Of a stretch of DNA of 64,000 nt, positions 27,220 through 37,600 are shown piece by piece. The notes beneath the pieces are model-generated. The model made no database searches. It saw only the letters and a program-made list of their open reading frames with translations, and was not told where the DNA came from. Both the position numbers and the translations under genes were made by a program. The stretch is from a virus. The stretch is taken from positions 32,001 through 96,000 of the IMG/VR virus record IMGVR_UViG_3300027987_000382; one strand, 5' to 3'. Each line of letters opens with the position of its first letter. Position 1 is the first letter of the stretch.

Positions 27220-28536
27220 GTGAAACTCTGCAAGATCGTCAACGAAGAATCCAAACCCGTCGTAGGATGGCGGGAATGGATCGGCTTGCCAGATCTTGGA
27301 ATCGAATCAATCCCCTCCAAAATCGACTCAGGTGCTCGCACAAGTGCCCTTCACGCCTCCGACATCCACGAATTCGAAGAAGATGGCATACTCTGGGTCA
27401 AATTCAGCACAACAGACGGCCAAACAACCTACGACATCGTCGCTGAAGTAGTCGACCACCGCGACGTCAGAAGCTCCAACGGAGATGCCGAACGACGTCC
27501 CGTAATCGTCACAGACATCGAAATGTTCGGACAGAGATGGCCCATCGACATCACACTCGCCAATCGAAACAAGATGGGTTACCCGATGTTGCTCGGCCGA
27601 CAAGCAATCTCAGGCCACATGCAAGTCGACACATCAGATTCATTCGTCACAAAAGAATCGTACGAAGGACTTGAAGACGCCGACGAGTTCGAGTATGAGG
27701 AGATGGTCTCGTGCGACAATTGTGGTGTCGAATACTTCGCACCAACGGCTAATCTCACTCTTTGTGAATGCGGTAGTGCATTCTGTGACAGATGTTCGCC
27801 AGGAATTGACGGCGAGAATGAGGAAGCGTTTGATCGTCAGCCTGAAGAATACCGAAAATCATTCTCCGTCGATCAATACGGGGATATACTTAAATGCCCT
27901 GTTTGCACTGGTTATTACAAACAACAACTCGGTGAATCGTACGAAGGACTTGAAGACGCGGACGAGTTCGACGCTGATGATGATGAGGTCGAAGTCCTCA
28001 ATGTGATGGGTTTTACGCCTGATTCACTTGGTATCCCACCAGAGCTGCAGGAGAACGGGCTTGAGTTGAGTGATGGCAATAGTGCTTTGTGGGACGCTTC
28101 TGAGGAGCGTTGGTATCATGAGCATGATCCTCATTGGACTCTCAATGAGAGCGAATATTGGGGATTGGAAGATGAGGACGAATTCGACGATGGCTCGGAT
28201 CAGCAGGAGATCGAGGAGGTAGATCTCTGGTTTCATGCTAATGACGTGCGTGTTGTCGAGAATGGCGGTATTGTTGATATCGTCGACAGCCATGGCGTTC
28301 TTGAGGGTCTTCCTGATGGTCGTAGGTTCGGTGATGATATTCCGATAGATCGGATCGTCACTGACACGAATCCACATATGACGCATCTGCCGCCGGGTCA
28401 TGAAGCGAGAACGTATCCGCAGGAGTGGCTCGTACTCCATATCAATGATACGTATGTCCTTGCTTGGGAGATTGGCAAGGATGATGGGTGGCAGACTCTT
28501 ACTACCGAGCAGGTAGATGAGATGAATGGCATGTAG
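27220..28536 (+). CDS. RimB-like (retropepsin-fold) protease domain fused to tag-delimited acidic modules
   Basis: VGWREW...KIDSGARTSALHA...RSSNG...RPVI...MLLGR; AGGAG SD before GTG 27220 (MKLCKIVNEE); three YxGLEDxDEF repeats. Confidence 0.8.
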   Translation: MKLCKIVNEESKPVVGWREWIGLPDLGIESIPSKIDSGARTSALHASDIHEFEEDGILWVKFSTTDGQTTYDIVAEVVDHRDVRSSNGDAERRPVIVTDIEMFGQRWPIDITLANRNKMGYPMLLGRQAISGHMQVDTSDSFVTKESYEGLEDADEFEYEEMVSCDNCGVEYFAPTANLTLCECGSAFCDRCSPGIDGENEEAFDRQPEEYRKSFSVDQYGDILKCPVCTGYYKQQLGESYEGLEDADEFDADDDEVEVLNVMGFTPDSLGIPPELQENGLELSDGNSALWDASEERWYHEHDPHWTLNESEYWGLEDEDEFDDGSDQQEIEEVDLWFHANDVRVVENGGIVDIVDSHGVLEGLPDGRRFGDDIPIDRIVTDTNPHMTHLPPGHEARTYPQEWLVLHINDTYVLAWEIGKDDGWQTLTTEQVDEMNGM

Positions 28537-28545
28537 TTCAACGAG

Positions 28546-28779
28546 TTAGTACTCGGAACTTTGTTCTGAGAACACCTTCCTGAAGTCTAATGGTTCAGTG
28601 AGGTTTTTGCGAAAGTGATGAGCATCAATTAGGTCATCAATTCGCCGCCACATCTCTGTTAGCGTTATCTCACCTCGTGCGAACTCGTCGACAAGGTTCT
28701 TGATCACGTTTTGATCCTTTTGCTGCCCGGTAGCCTCCTTGCTGTTTACATTCTCATTGTATATTTGATCTTTGGTCAT
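28546..28779 (-). CDS. small hypothetical protein
   Basis: fills gap downstream of the nuclease gene. Confidence 0.5.
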   Translation of the reverse strand: MTKDQIYNENVNSKEATGQQKDQNVIKNLVDEFARGEITLTEMWRRIDDLIDAHHFRKNLTEPLDFRKVFSEQSSEY

Positions 28780-28785
28780 TTCGAC

Positions 28786-29886
28786 CTACACTTCTGCCTC
28801 TTCTAGAGCATATTCTTGATCGCCTTCGTGCACTACTTCAGCGTGCCTTTTGAGCAGAATATCACGATCAAGATCTCGGGCACCTTTCTGGTCTGCTGAC
28901 AAGAACGCTGTAAACAGATTACTGTGTTTGGACGTGTCCACCCCTTTGGTGATTTGTGATTTCTCTTCCTTCTTCGTGAACATGTCCCACCACCGCACGG
29001 AGCGGGCTCCGAGTTCTATTAAGAACTTACGCATCTCGTGCTTTTCATCCTGGGTGTATTCCCGCTGCAGACCAACGCGAATCATGTTGTTGGCAACTTC
29101 CGCCTTTGTCTTTTGGGGCAGAAGCTCATCGAGGAAAGTGTGGAATTGAGGCGGCGGTGTCTCATCAGGAAAGAACTTCTCTCCGGCTTTCCAGATGTTG
29201 ATGAATTTGTGTGAATCAGCCTCAAGATCATAAACGTAAAATCCGTGTGCGACGTCTCCCTCGTCGAATTTGAACGGAATTGGCGATCCTGGGTACCAGC
29301 AGTTTTCGCCAATTTGTTGTTTGCTGTGGAAATGGCCTGTATAGATCCGATGAAACGGAGTGTGTTCGAAGTTGACTACGGACCAGTCCTGTAGCAAGAA
29401 GCATGTGTTGTAAAGGGCACCACGAACACCGATGTGTGTCAGTAAGCTATCACCTTCCTGGACTTGTTTCTCGATTTCGTGCACTACTTGCATGAACGAT
29501 TTCTCGTACTGGATGAATGGCAGGACCCAAAATCGTCGATCGTCCAGTTGCAGCAGTTTGACATCATCGATGACTGTGAGGTGTCGCCTCATCGCGTCGA
29601 GACTGTTGGTATCCCACGAGTGCCGCAGGAACATGTCGTGATTTCCTGGGAATACGATCCATTGTTGCCCATATTTCGTTACTGTTTCCTCGAAGAAAAG
29701 AGCTGATTTTGACAGCACATCGATCCCGATCGACGTCCGATCGTGATAGAGGTCGCCGAGGACCAGTACGGTGTCAATTCCCGCCGCGTGGCAATACTCA
29801 CGGATCACACGGGTGGCGTAAATTGTATCGTTCAATTTGTCCGGAACGCCGAAGTGGATATCCGCTGTGATGGCTACTTTTGACAT
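28786..29886 (-). CDS. Mre11/SbcD (gp47-like) metallophosphoesterase nuclease
   Basis: ADIHFG, LGDLYH, PGNHD, TGHFH, YPGSP. Confidence 0.88.
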   Translation of the reverse strand: MSKVAITADIHFGVPDKLNDTIYATRVIREYCHAAGIDTVLVLGDLYHDRTSIGIDVLSKSALFFEETVTKYGQQWIVFPGNHDMFLRHSWDTNSLDAMRRHLTVIDDVKLLQLDDRRFWVLPFIQYEKSFMQVVHEIEKQVQEGDSLLTHIGVRGALYNTCFLLQDWSVVNFEHTPFHRIYTGHFHSKQQIGENCWYPGSPIPFKFDEGDVAHGFYVYDLEADSHKFINIWKAGEKFFPDETPPPQFHTFLDELLPQKTKAEVANNMIRVGLQREYTQDEKHEMRKFLIELGARSVRWWDMFTKKEEKSQITKGVDTSKHSNLFTAFLSADQKGARDLDRDILLKRHAEVVHEGDQEYALEEAEV

Positions 29887-29973
29887 TTCAGGCTCTTTTA
29901 CGTGGATGGCTCGCTTGCAACATTATTTACGGGCAATACATCTCAACGAACCGAATCCAATTGGCTGGTGTCT

Positions 29974-30291
29974 ATGTTGTACCTGACAATGCTCGACAAT
30001 TACGAAACTACCAGCTCGGAAGCTGGAAACGAGCACTTGGAAGGTATGATCCATGTCAGACCGGAGCCACCAAAGAACCTTGAAGATCCTGAGGTTCCTG
30101 ATCATGTATTAACGATCGACCTAGTTACAGTCGATATTAGTCCTGATCCCAAGCCGCGAGGTATGAAAGGCTGGAATCGGTTAAAGGGCAAAACGGCCCA
30201 TTGGGATAATGCTGATTGGAAAATCGCTGAAGTCCAACCAATTGAAAACGGAGATTCTTGCTTTGTCTGGATTGAAAGATTGTCGCCATGA
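29974..30291 (+). CDS. hypothetical protein
   Basis: ATGA overlap with next gene; start uncertain. Confidence 0.45.
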   Translation: MLYLTMLDNYETTSSEAGNEHLEGMIHVRPEPPKNLEDPEVPDHVLTIDLVTVDISPDPKPRGMKGWNRLKGKTAHWDNADWKIAEVQPIENGDSCFVWIERLSP

Positions 30292-31214
30292 AACGCAACA
30301 AAGGCTTCCCCTACCGGGAGAAGAAAAAGCAAAAATCGAAGCTGCCTGAGGACCGGCGTCCTCATATCTCCGTCCGTATGCCCTTGCGTGGGTGGGTCCG
30401 AAGAGAAGAACTTGAAGAGGCAACTGGCGATGTAGGCTTCTATATCCCAAGCCTGAAATACATCGAAGACAGTGGCAGACCGAATTGGACTCGTCAAGAA
30501 GCCCATACTCTCATCGATTCCTACGCCAATATCGCCTGGAAGGACAACCAGGAATTTCGCCGCAATATGGCAAAACTCGCCGGGCACTTCATGAGCTTGT
30601 TCGACAAACAGAAAGGACTCTGTGCTCTCACCGATCTCCCACTACTCGGTGCACCGGGCATGAAGCATTACGGAATTGGGATCGACTTGCTGCATAAAAA
30701 GCGTGGGCCAGTGAAGGGCAATATTCGCCTTGTATCATGCCCACTCGCAGTCATGCGATACCGCTATCCGCAATATGCGACACAATCCGTGGCTTTGCCG
30801 AATCGCAAGCACTACCCGAACTTCGACATCACGTATGCGATCGCCCACACCATTTATTGGTACATCGACCGTAAGGTGCCGTTCAAGAACTTGCCAATCA
30901 GAGTCGAATTCCCGCCAGAAAGCGATCAACGGCCGTCGTCACGCTACGACACCAGCAAGGGAATGATCAAATTCCTGTGGGTCTACGCCGATCCGTCGTT
31001 ATCGACGTATAATGACCTGAAAATCTCGCAGGATTCATTTTTCAGAGTCTATCTTGATGGAGCAGACCTACGACTCGAAGGCACCGACAAGATCGTGGAG
31101 CGGCATATTCCGTTGACAGATCCAAGCTTTGACATCGAGAAAGAGATTTGTGACGCTGTGAAATTATGCTTCAGGCGAGGGCTGCACATCAAATTCCGCA
31201 AATCTTCATACTAA
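30288..31214 (+). CDS. hypothetical protein with degenerate HNH-like segment
   Basis: KQKGLCALTD...GIDLL...GNIRLV resembles the 24887 ORF core. Confidence 0.55.
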   Translation: MKRNKGFPYREKKKQKSKLPEDRRPHISVRMPLRGWVRREELEEATGDVGFYIPSLKYIEDSGRPNWTRQEAHTLIDSYANIAWKDNQEFRRNMAKLAGHFMSLFDKQKGLCALTDLPLLGAPGMKHYGIGIDLLHKKRGPVKGNIRLVSCPLAVMRYRYPQYATQSVALPNRKHYPNFDITYAIAHTIYWYIDRKVPFKNLPIRVEFPPESDQRPSSRYDTSKGMIKFLWVYADPSLSTYNDLKISQDSFFRVYLDGADLRLEGTDKIVERHIPLTDPSFDIEKEICDAVKLCFRRGLHIKFRKSSY

Positions 31215-31246
31215 TCCCCAGCAAAAGATACGCTGGAGGATTCGAA

Positions 31247-31795
31247 ATGTTCAACGCCGTACTTCTTTCACTCAGCGATGGTCAGTCGTATGAGAATGTC
31301 CAGGTCTGTGAAGACGGAGACATGGACAAATACGGTATTCCGAAGATTTTCGAAGAATGGACCGGCTGTTTCTTCGCTGACGGAAAATGCATCGTAGTGC
31401 ACCACTGGAAGATCAAAGTCATCCAGATCGACAAGCTACAGCGGAGCGGGAAGGGTTCTTTGTACACAGAACGTCTCGTGCTTGATGGCGACATTCTGTA
31501 TGCTCCGGCTACGATTATCTCGCACGAGGTCTGTCATACGTTAGGAGTCCCACACTTCTTCGTAAAGCGTGGTGGAATTGCCGGACAACTGACGTGGTCA
31601 TGCCCGCACGGCACATTCATCACTCACGACACGAACGTTGTGAGTATCATTGTCAATGATCCAAGACCAAAAGGCATCACAAGAGCACACCAGCCAGGAG
31701 TCGATTCTATCACACCGACTCAGGTAATTCGAGCTGCAAATGCTCCAGAGACTGTTCATGGGAAATTGGCTCCTCGAAAATCGAGATTCTCATGA
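31247..31795 (+). CDS. hypothetical protein
   Basis: GGAGG SD before ATG 31247; CAAAAGATA upstream. Confidence 0.6.
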   Translation: MFNAVLLSLSDGQSYENVQVCEDGDMDKYGIPKIFEEWTGCFFADGKCIVVHHWKIKVIQIDKLQRSGKGSLYTERLVLDGDILYAPATIISHEVCHTLGVPHFFVKRGGIAGQLTWSCPHGTFITHDTNVVSIIVNDPRPKGITRAHQPGVDSITPTQVIRAANAPETVHGKLAPRKSRFS

Positions 31796-32139
31796 AACTT
31801 GGCCAAATAGCCGAGAACTACGAAGGTCTCGAGGACGCTGATGAATTTGGCGATACCGGATTCCCTGATGTATGGGAATTGGACGAGACACTGAAGGCCG
31901 TTATTAGAAGCGGCAAGATGGTTTCTGCGGAGCCGGTTGGTGATTCTTGGAGCGACGATCATATCCCTTGTATTCAAGCTCGTATCAACATGGTCGACGA
32001 GTATGGTGAGACATGGGAAATTGAAGTGACGTTGATGTGGTGCGGCCAAAACATCGTTGGTGGCCTACACTATTGTCCGAACAATCCAAAACTTCTATCG
32101 GACATTCACGACCATCTCATGTATTCAGTCAACGACTGA
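31792..32139 (+). CDS. small acidic protein with MKLGQIAE leader and YEGLEDADEF tag
   Basis: leader and tag. Confidence 0.7.
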   Translation: MKLGQIAENYEGLEDADEFGDTGFPDVWELDETLKAVIRSGKMVSAEPVGDSWSDDHIPCIQARINMVDEYGETWEIEVTLMWCGQNIVGGLHYCPNNPKLLSDIHDHLMYSVND

Positions 32140-32218
32140 TTTGCGGTTGAGTGCGAAGGCTGCAGCTGTATTGTAGTCGCGGAGACTCCGCCCGCAGCCC
32201 TGGCACGGAAGAGACGGA

Positions 32219-34042
32219 ATGGCAACAGAACTTGAACAGGCTCCTGTACTGCGACCGCCAGTACGCTTCAATCCAGACAAAATCGATGATCATTTCCCAA
32301 TGCTCTCGTACCGAGAGGGCCAGCGGGCGGCAATCGAATTCGCCGTCAACGCCTTCAATTCTGGGAAAAGAATCGTAATCATCGAAGCCCCGACCGGCAG
32401 TGGCAAGTCTGCTGTAGCCATGACCCTTGCCGATATGGTAAATGACGCTTACTATCTAACGATCACCAAAATCCTTCAAGACCAGTTGAGCGGCGATTTT
32501 GGCGAAGAGTCAAGCTACCACGACCCGGTGATCGAGTTGAAAGGCCGAAACGCCTACCCGTGCACTTTCTGGAGCAGATACGGTAAGAGTTACGTCACCA
32601 AGAAGTTGTGGTCACAATCCGAGCTTGACGACATGATCGACAAGCACGGTAATTGTGCTGACGGATTCTGCCGAACGAAATGGAATCAAGAACCTGGCAA
32701 GAAGAAAATCCGGAAGCACAAATGTGACAAGTGCTTTCAGACTCGCGAGGAAGACCAAGCTCAATCTTGGAAGGTGAAACTCCCGGCGGGTTCATTGGAT
32801 CATCTGCCGCCTGGGTTCGAGTACAGCACATGCCCGTACTATGAGCAGGTCTTCAAGGCGATCGCTAATCGCAAATGCGTAATGAATTTCTCAAGCTTTC
32901 TGTTCCAGACTTCATTGACACCGCGATTTGACGTTCCTCGTAATCTGATGGTGATCGACGAGTGTCACAACGTCGAGCCAATTCTTCTCGATTTCGTTTC
33001 GTTGACAATCAACGATATGCAGTTGCAGGAACACGGGATTTTTATCCCAGAACTCGATTCGGCCGACGCGTATGCGATTTTCTTTCAAGATGCGAAGATC
33101 GAGCAGACTATCATGGAGGTTATCAAGCAGGCCCAGGTCGATGAGAAGAATAAGCTTGTGGACGAATTGTCTCGAACTCTGAAGAAGTACGAGATGTTCA
33201 TGAAGCATGTCACCACGACGGGAGCTGAATGGGTCGTCGAGTATGAGGAGAAGAATGATGGGAAAGGTGGGATTTCTCACCGATCCGTTACTTTGCGGCC
33301 TGTCTATGCGATGAGCTTCCCAGAGGAGCTTCTGTTCAAGTATGCCGACAAGGTTCTGATGTTGAGTGCGACCGTGCTCGATGTTGGCGTTATGTGTCGA
33401 TCGTTGGGTATCGATCGAGACGAGGTCGCGGCATTCAGAATGAAGAACAGGTTCCCGGTTGAAAACAGGCCGATTTATCTAGATCGTGTCGCCAAGATGA
33501 CTGGTGGCAAGGATAAGATGGGCGAGTGGATGCCAAAGGTCATCAAACGTGTCGACGAAATCGTGTCTGCTCATCCTGACGAGAAGGGGATCATTCACAC
33601 GCACAATTTCGCGATTATGGACAACATTCTGACGAAGTGTAGTCCGTCTACGAAGGCGAGATTATGCAACCAGCGTGACTTCCGCGACAAGGCTGAGATG
33701 CTTGAGTTTCATTCGCGGAATCCTGGTAATGTACTTATTGCCCCTGCGATGCATGAGGGTATTGACCTTGTTGGTGATCTGAGTCGATTTCAGATTATTT
33801 GCAAGGTTCCGTATCCGAATTGCTTTGATAATGAGCAGTTGGCTCGGCGAGTTGAGATCGACCGAAAATACTATGATTGGTTGACGGCTCTCAAACTCGT
33901 TCAGTCGTACGGACGCAGCATCCGTAGCGTTGATGATTACGCCGTCACTTACATTCTAGATGAAGCGATTGACCGCTTTCTCAAGGTGACGAAAAAGATG
34001 CTGCCGGATTGGTTCTTGGAAGCTATTCAGGATGGCGACTAA
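32219..34042 (+). CDS. DinG/Rad3-like SF2 helicase
   Basis: EAPTGSGKS, KGRNAYPC, DECH, LSAT, EGIDL, QSYGRSIRS. Confidence 0.88.
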   Translation: MATELEQAPVLRPPVRFNPDKIDDHFPMLSYREGQRAAIEFAVNAFNSGKRIVIIEAPTGSGKSAVAMTLADMVNDAYYLTITKILQDQLSGDFGEESSYHDPVIELKGRNAYPCTFWSRYGKSYVTKKLWSQSELDDMIDKHGNCADGFCRTKWNQEPGKKKIRKHKCDKCFQTREEDQAQSWKVKLPAGSLDHLPPGFEYSTCPYYEQVFKAIANRKCVMNFSSFLFQTSLTPRFDVPRNLMVIDECHNVEPILLDFVSLTINDMQLQEHGIFIPELDSADAYAIFFQDAKIEQTIMEVIKQAQVDEKNKLVDELSRTLKKYEMFMKHVTTTGAEWVVEYEEKNDGKGGISHRSVTLRPVYAMSFPEELLFKYADKVLMLSATVLDVGVMCRSLGIDRDEVAAFRMKNRFPVENRPIYLDRVAKMTGGKDKMGEWMPKVIKRVDEIVSAHPDEKGIIHTHNFAIMDNILTKCSPSTKARLCNQRDFRDKAEMLEFHSRNPGNVLIAPAMHEGIDLVGDLSRFQIICKVPYPNCFDNEQLARRVEIDRKYYDWLTALKLVQSYGRSIRSVDDYAVTYILDEAIDRFLKVTKKMLPDWFLEAIQDGD

Positions 34043-34541
34043 TCTTCACATCCATGGTCTAATTCCTGGCTGTAGAGTCGCTCTTTTCGAAATAGCTGGC
34101 GAAGAGATAAAGTCCGAAATCTTCAACGAACGGGTCTTCTGGTGGACTATCACCAAGCAGATCGAATTCAAGGGTGACGCCCTGTTGCGTGTTCGCTGTG
34201 GTAGCGTCGCCCCTTTCTTGCCGTTCGAAAGCACGCTGGTAATCGACAACGACGAAATCTCCGTCTCTGCCGTGATGGTTCGAGACAGCGTCGTTATCAC
34301 CGACGAAGCTTTACCAGCGGCGTCGAATGAATTTTGTGCCGCAATGGTAATGTGGGCCAAAGAAGCGTTCCACTCCAAGGTCCATCTACAGCACAACGAC
34401 GTCGTGATAGACGGCGTTGGTATTATAAGGTGTCAGCTTGGCGTGGTGCTAGCCATTAATCAGGCCGGTGCTCAAGTACGATACCTGTGGGAAGACCCAG
34501 CCCTCTTCGATTTGATACTGGAAGCTTTCAATGTCTCGTGA
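34032..34541 (+). CDS. hypothetical protein
   Basis: coupled ORF in operon. Confidence 0.55.
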   Translation: MATNLHIHGLIPGCRVALFEIAGEEIKSEIFNERVFWWTITKQIEFKGDALLRVRCGSVAPFLPFESTLVIDNDEISVSAVMVRDSVVITDEALPAASNEFCAAMVMWAKEAFHSKVHLQHNDVVIDGVGIIRCQLGVVLAINQAGAQVRYLWEDPALFDLILEAFNVS

Positions 34542-35004
34542 ATGTGGTGAATGCCAACTCTGCTGCGTACTCATCGGAGTTGAAGAACTCGGGAAGTATC
34601 CACACCAAGCGTGTCAACATCAGTGCGAGACCGGCTGTGCGATCCACGAATCACGGCCGCGTGAGTGCCGTACGTATCAATGCCACTGGCGTTCAGACGA
34701 GACAATCCCAGAAGAATTGCGTCCCGATAAGCTGGGATGCATCGTCGACATCCATGACACGCCGATCGGGCTCGCTGTGGTCATTCATCAGCAGCGTCCG
34801 AACCAGTGGCAAGACAGACACATCGCAGAACTACTACAGCGTTTGGCCCATCACAACAAGTGTTGGATCTATGCTATATATGGCAACGACAGGCAAGCGA
34901 TCTTCCCAGAATGGGCCAAGCAGCAGCAGCGGAAATTTGACACGATGGCAGAATCTGGGTCGATACCCGAGATGTACGGACATATTGCACATCCAGACGA
35001 GTAA
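34531..35004 (+). CDS. YkgJ-like CxxCxxCC Zn/Fe-chelating protein
   Basis: CGECQLCC...GCAIHESRPRECRTYQC. Confidence 0.75.
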   Translation: MSRECGECQLCCVLIGVEELGKYPHQACQHQCETGCAIHESRPRECRTYQCHWRSDETIPEELRPDKLGCIVDIHDTPIGLAVVIHQQRPNQWQDRHIAELLQRLAHHNKCWIYAIYGNDRQAIFPEWAKQQQRKFDTMAESGSIPEMYGHIAHPDE

Positions 35005-35009
35005 AGGTA

Positions 35010-36839
35010 ATGCTTGAACTGAAATCAGTCGCCTGGCGAAATTTCATGTCGTACGGCGACTACGAAACAGCTCTACCACTCGATTCACTTGGTCAGTGCT
35101 TAATCACTGGTGAGGTCGTCGACAACGATAAGTCCATATTCGATACAAGCTCCGATTTCCAGATTGCCAAATCAAACGGTGCTGGAAAATCGACCATCGT
35201 CAACGTGATTCAGTGGGTCTTATTCGGCAGGACAATGCATTCAGGCAGTCCTGGGGACAAAGTCGTCAATTACTTCACAGGGAAGGACTGTGTCGCCACC
35301 CTTGAATTCAAGAACGGCGATTTCATTACCAGAACCAGGAAGTCCGGCGGCCACAACGAGCTACACTTCGTCAAGGACGGTAACGAATTCAACCTGACGA
35401 GCGATACTCTGTCGACGCAGAAGAATCAGCAGAAGCAGCTCAACCGCGAGTTTGGTCTCGATTGGGAGCTTTTCTGCGGCTCCGTTTTCTTCAACCAGTA
35501 CGGCAAGCCATGGATGGAAATGGCTGAGCCAACCAGGAAGAAGGCAATCGAACGAGCACTTCACGTCGATCGATTCACCTATTACGCCAAGAACGCGAAG
35601 GGCAAATGCGAGGCACTGGACCGAAGCGTTGAAACTAAGCGGGAGCGTATTAGCACACTCTCGAGCAACATCACTCGTTACGAGGCTGATATCGAGAGAC
35701 TTATCGCGGCATCACAGAATTACGGAGCCGATCGTGACAGACGGATCACGGAAGCACTCCAGCAAGCAGTCGAGGAGAAGAAAAAGCGGGACGAGATCGA
35801 AAAGCCTGACCTTACGCAGCTGCAGGCGAAGTGGGACGTGGTCAAGAAAGTCGAACAGCAAATCGCGGCCAAAAGGGAAGCCCTCAACTCACTGACCAGA
35901 GTGATCGCCGAACTCGATGGTACAGTTAGTTCGCTCAAGAAGAAAATCAAGACTTGGGAAGACAAGACAGGTGAGATGTGCAATACCTGCGAACAGGAAG
36001 TTCCAGCAACTCATACAGCCGCCAAGATCGATCCAATCCAGAATCAACTGACTGAAGAAACTGAGAAGATAGAGGCCCAGCGGGCGGAGCTGGAGAAACT
36101 TCGCAACACCATCAAGACGGCCGAAACTCAGCTGGAACAACGTAAACCGAAGATGACAATGCGGGCTGCCAAGGACCTACATGAATCGTGGAATCGACAT
36201 GATAAAGCAATGAAGCGTCTGAAATCAGACGCTGAGAAGATTCAAAACGAAAAGAATCCTCACGAAGTGTCGATTAACAATACCCGCGAGACGATTTCGA
36301 AGGCAAGAAAGGAGATCGACAAGGTCGATAAGGAGATCGAACAAGAGACCTTCCTAAATCGCCACTATGCCTACATCTACAAAGCGTACAATGACCGCAC
36401 CAAGATCAAGAGTTTCGTTTTCCAGGATCACGTCCCGTTCATCAACAGTAGGCTCCGCCATTACCTCGACGTATTTGGACTTGATGTTCAGATAGAATTA
36501 ACTCCTGCACTCGGAATTTCGAGCAACATGTGGGGGTATGAGTTCGAGTCTGGTGGTGAGCGGAAGCGAACAGACGTCGCTTTCATGCTCGCGATGTTCG
36601 ATTTCCACGAGCAGATGTACGGTCGCCAGTGCAATCTACTTGTCCTGGATGAAGTGGATGGCCGCCTTGATGATGACGGCATCGATTCGCTGATCAACAT
36701 CATCAAGAACGATCTGGCACCGAAGGTCGAGACGATCCTTATCATCTCGCACCGAAACCTAATGCACGACACTTTCCCAAGAGAGCTGAAAGTGATCAGG
36801 ACCGATCGGTTCTCACAAATCCTCATGGATGCAGCGTGA
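35010..36839 (+). CDS. Rad50/SbcC (gp46-like) ATPase
   Basis: NFMSYG, NGAGKST, coiled coil with CNTC hook, SGGE signature, LVLDE, IISH. Confidence 0.9.
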   Translation: MLELKSVAWRNFMSYGDYETALPLDSLGQCLITGEVVDNDKSIFDTSSDFQIAKSNGAGKSTIVNVIQWVLFGRTMHSGSPGDKVVNYFTGKDCVATLEFKNGDFITRTRKSGGHNELHFVKDGNEFNLTSDTLSTQKNQQKQLNREFGLDWELFCGSVFFNQYGKPWMEMAEPTRKKAIERALHVDRFTYYAKNAKGKCEALDRSVETKRERISTLSSNITRYEADIERLIAASQNYGADRDRRITEALQQAVEEKKKRDEIEKPDLTQLQAKWDVVKKVEQQIAAKREALNSLTRVIAELDGTVSSLKKKIKTWEDKTGEMCNTCEQEVPATHTAAKIDPIQNQLTEETEKIEAQRAELEKLRNTIKTAETQLEQRKPKMTMRAAKDLHESWNRHDKAMKRLKSDAEKIQNEKNPHEVSINNTRETISKARKEIDKVDKEIEQETFLNRHYAYIYKAYNDRTKIKSFVFQDHVPFINSRLRHYLDVFGLDVQIELTPALGISSNMWGYEFESGGERKRTDVAFMLAMFDFHEQMYGRQCNLLVLDEVDGRLDDDGIDSLINIIKNDLAPKVETILIISHRNLMHDTFPRELKVIRTDRFSQILMDAA

Positions 36840-37600
36840 AGGTTCTTGTTGCGTCAGCCCACCTTCGCACTTCTCGCGGAAAGCTTTGGCGTGATCTTCA
36901 GTGGAAGTTCCTGAGCGAGAATGCCGACGTCGATTTCGATTACGCCGTCGTAGCCAATGGGACGAGTCCTCAGCTTTATGAGAACGCCAAGTTCGTTCTC
37001 CCTATGACGGACGCGACTCATCTTGCTTGTATCCGCGAAATCCTCGGTTTGTTCAGGGAGCATGAACGGTATACTCACCTGCTCTTGTTGGACAGTGACG
37101 CGTGGCCGGTTCGCCCGTGGTTTGAGATTTTGGACAGCCTGTTAGCGAGGTTCGATAATGTCTACGCGGCTCCCATGCGGGCGGAGAACTATGATGATTT
37201 CCCTCATCCTTCGGCTGTTCTCATGGCACGCAACGTTGTGGAGTGGGCTGATTTTGGTGGCAGTAATAAGTACTATAATTTATTGGGTCAGTCTGTCAAT
37301 GATGTCGGTTGTGGGATGGATCAAGGGAAGAGGTCGGGCCGTCTTTGGCTTCCTCTGATGAAAACTAACATGTGGTCGCCACACCCGTTGTTCGCATCAA
37401 TCTACGGCGATTTGTTCTATCATCATGGGGCTGGGTCGAGAGAGCCTGGGATTCGGTTGGCAGGGCTTGGAGTTTACGACCACATTCTGAAGCGGCAGGA
37501 CCACAGGAAAATATACAATAGAGTTACCAGAGAGCTGAAGCGAGACCCTGATGGCTTCATTGGAAGATTGCGTGGTCTAGATGGATTCCAGAACAGTTGA
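36836..37600 (+). CDS. GT-A-like protein
   Basis: LLLDSDAWP, PHPS, FYHHGAGSR. Confidence 0.55.
   Translation: MKVLVASAHLRTSRGKLWRDLQWKFLSENADVDFDYAVVANGTSPQLYENAKFVLPMTDATHLACIREILGLFREHERYTHLLLLDSDAWPVRPWFEILDSLLARFDNVYAAPMRAENYDDFPHPSAVLMARNVVEWADFGGSNKYYNLLGQSVNDVGCGMDQGKRSGRLWLPLMKTNMWSPHPLFASIYGDLFYHHGAGSREPGIRLAGLGVYDHILKRQDHRKIYNRVTRELKRDPDGFIGRLRGLDGFQNS

Noticed and set aside
25461-31848. YEGLEDADEF copies as a DNA-level mobile repeat
   Set aside because: Always in frame with mainly synonymous changes and no IRs or target-site duplications, so it is a peptide motif.
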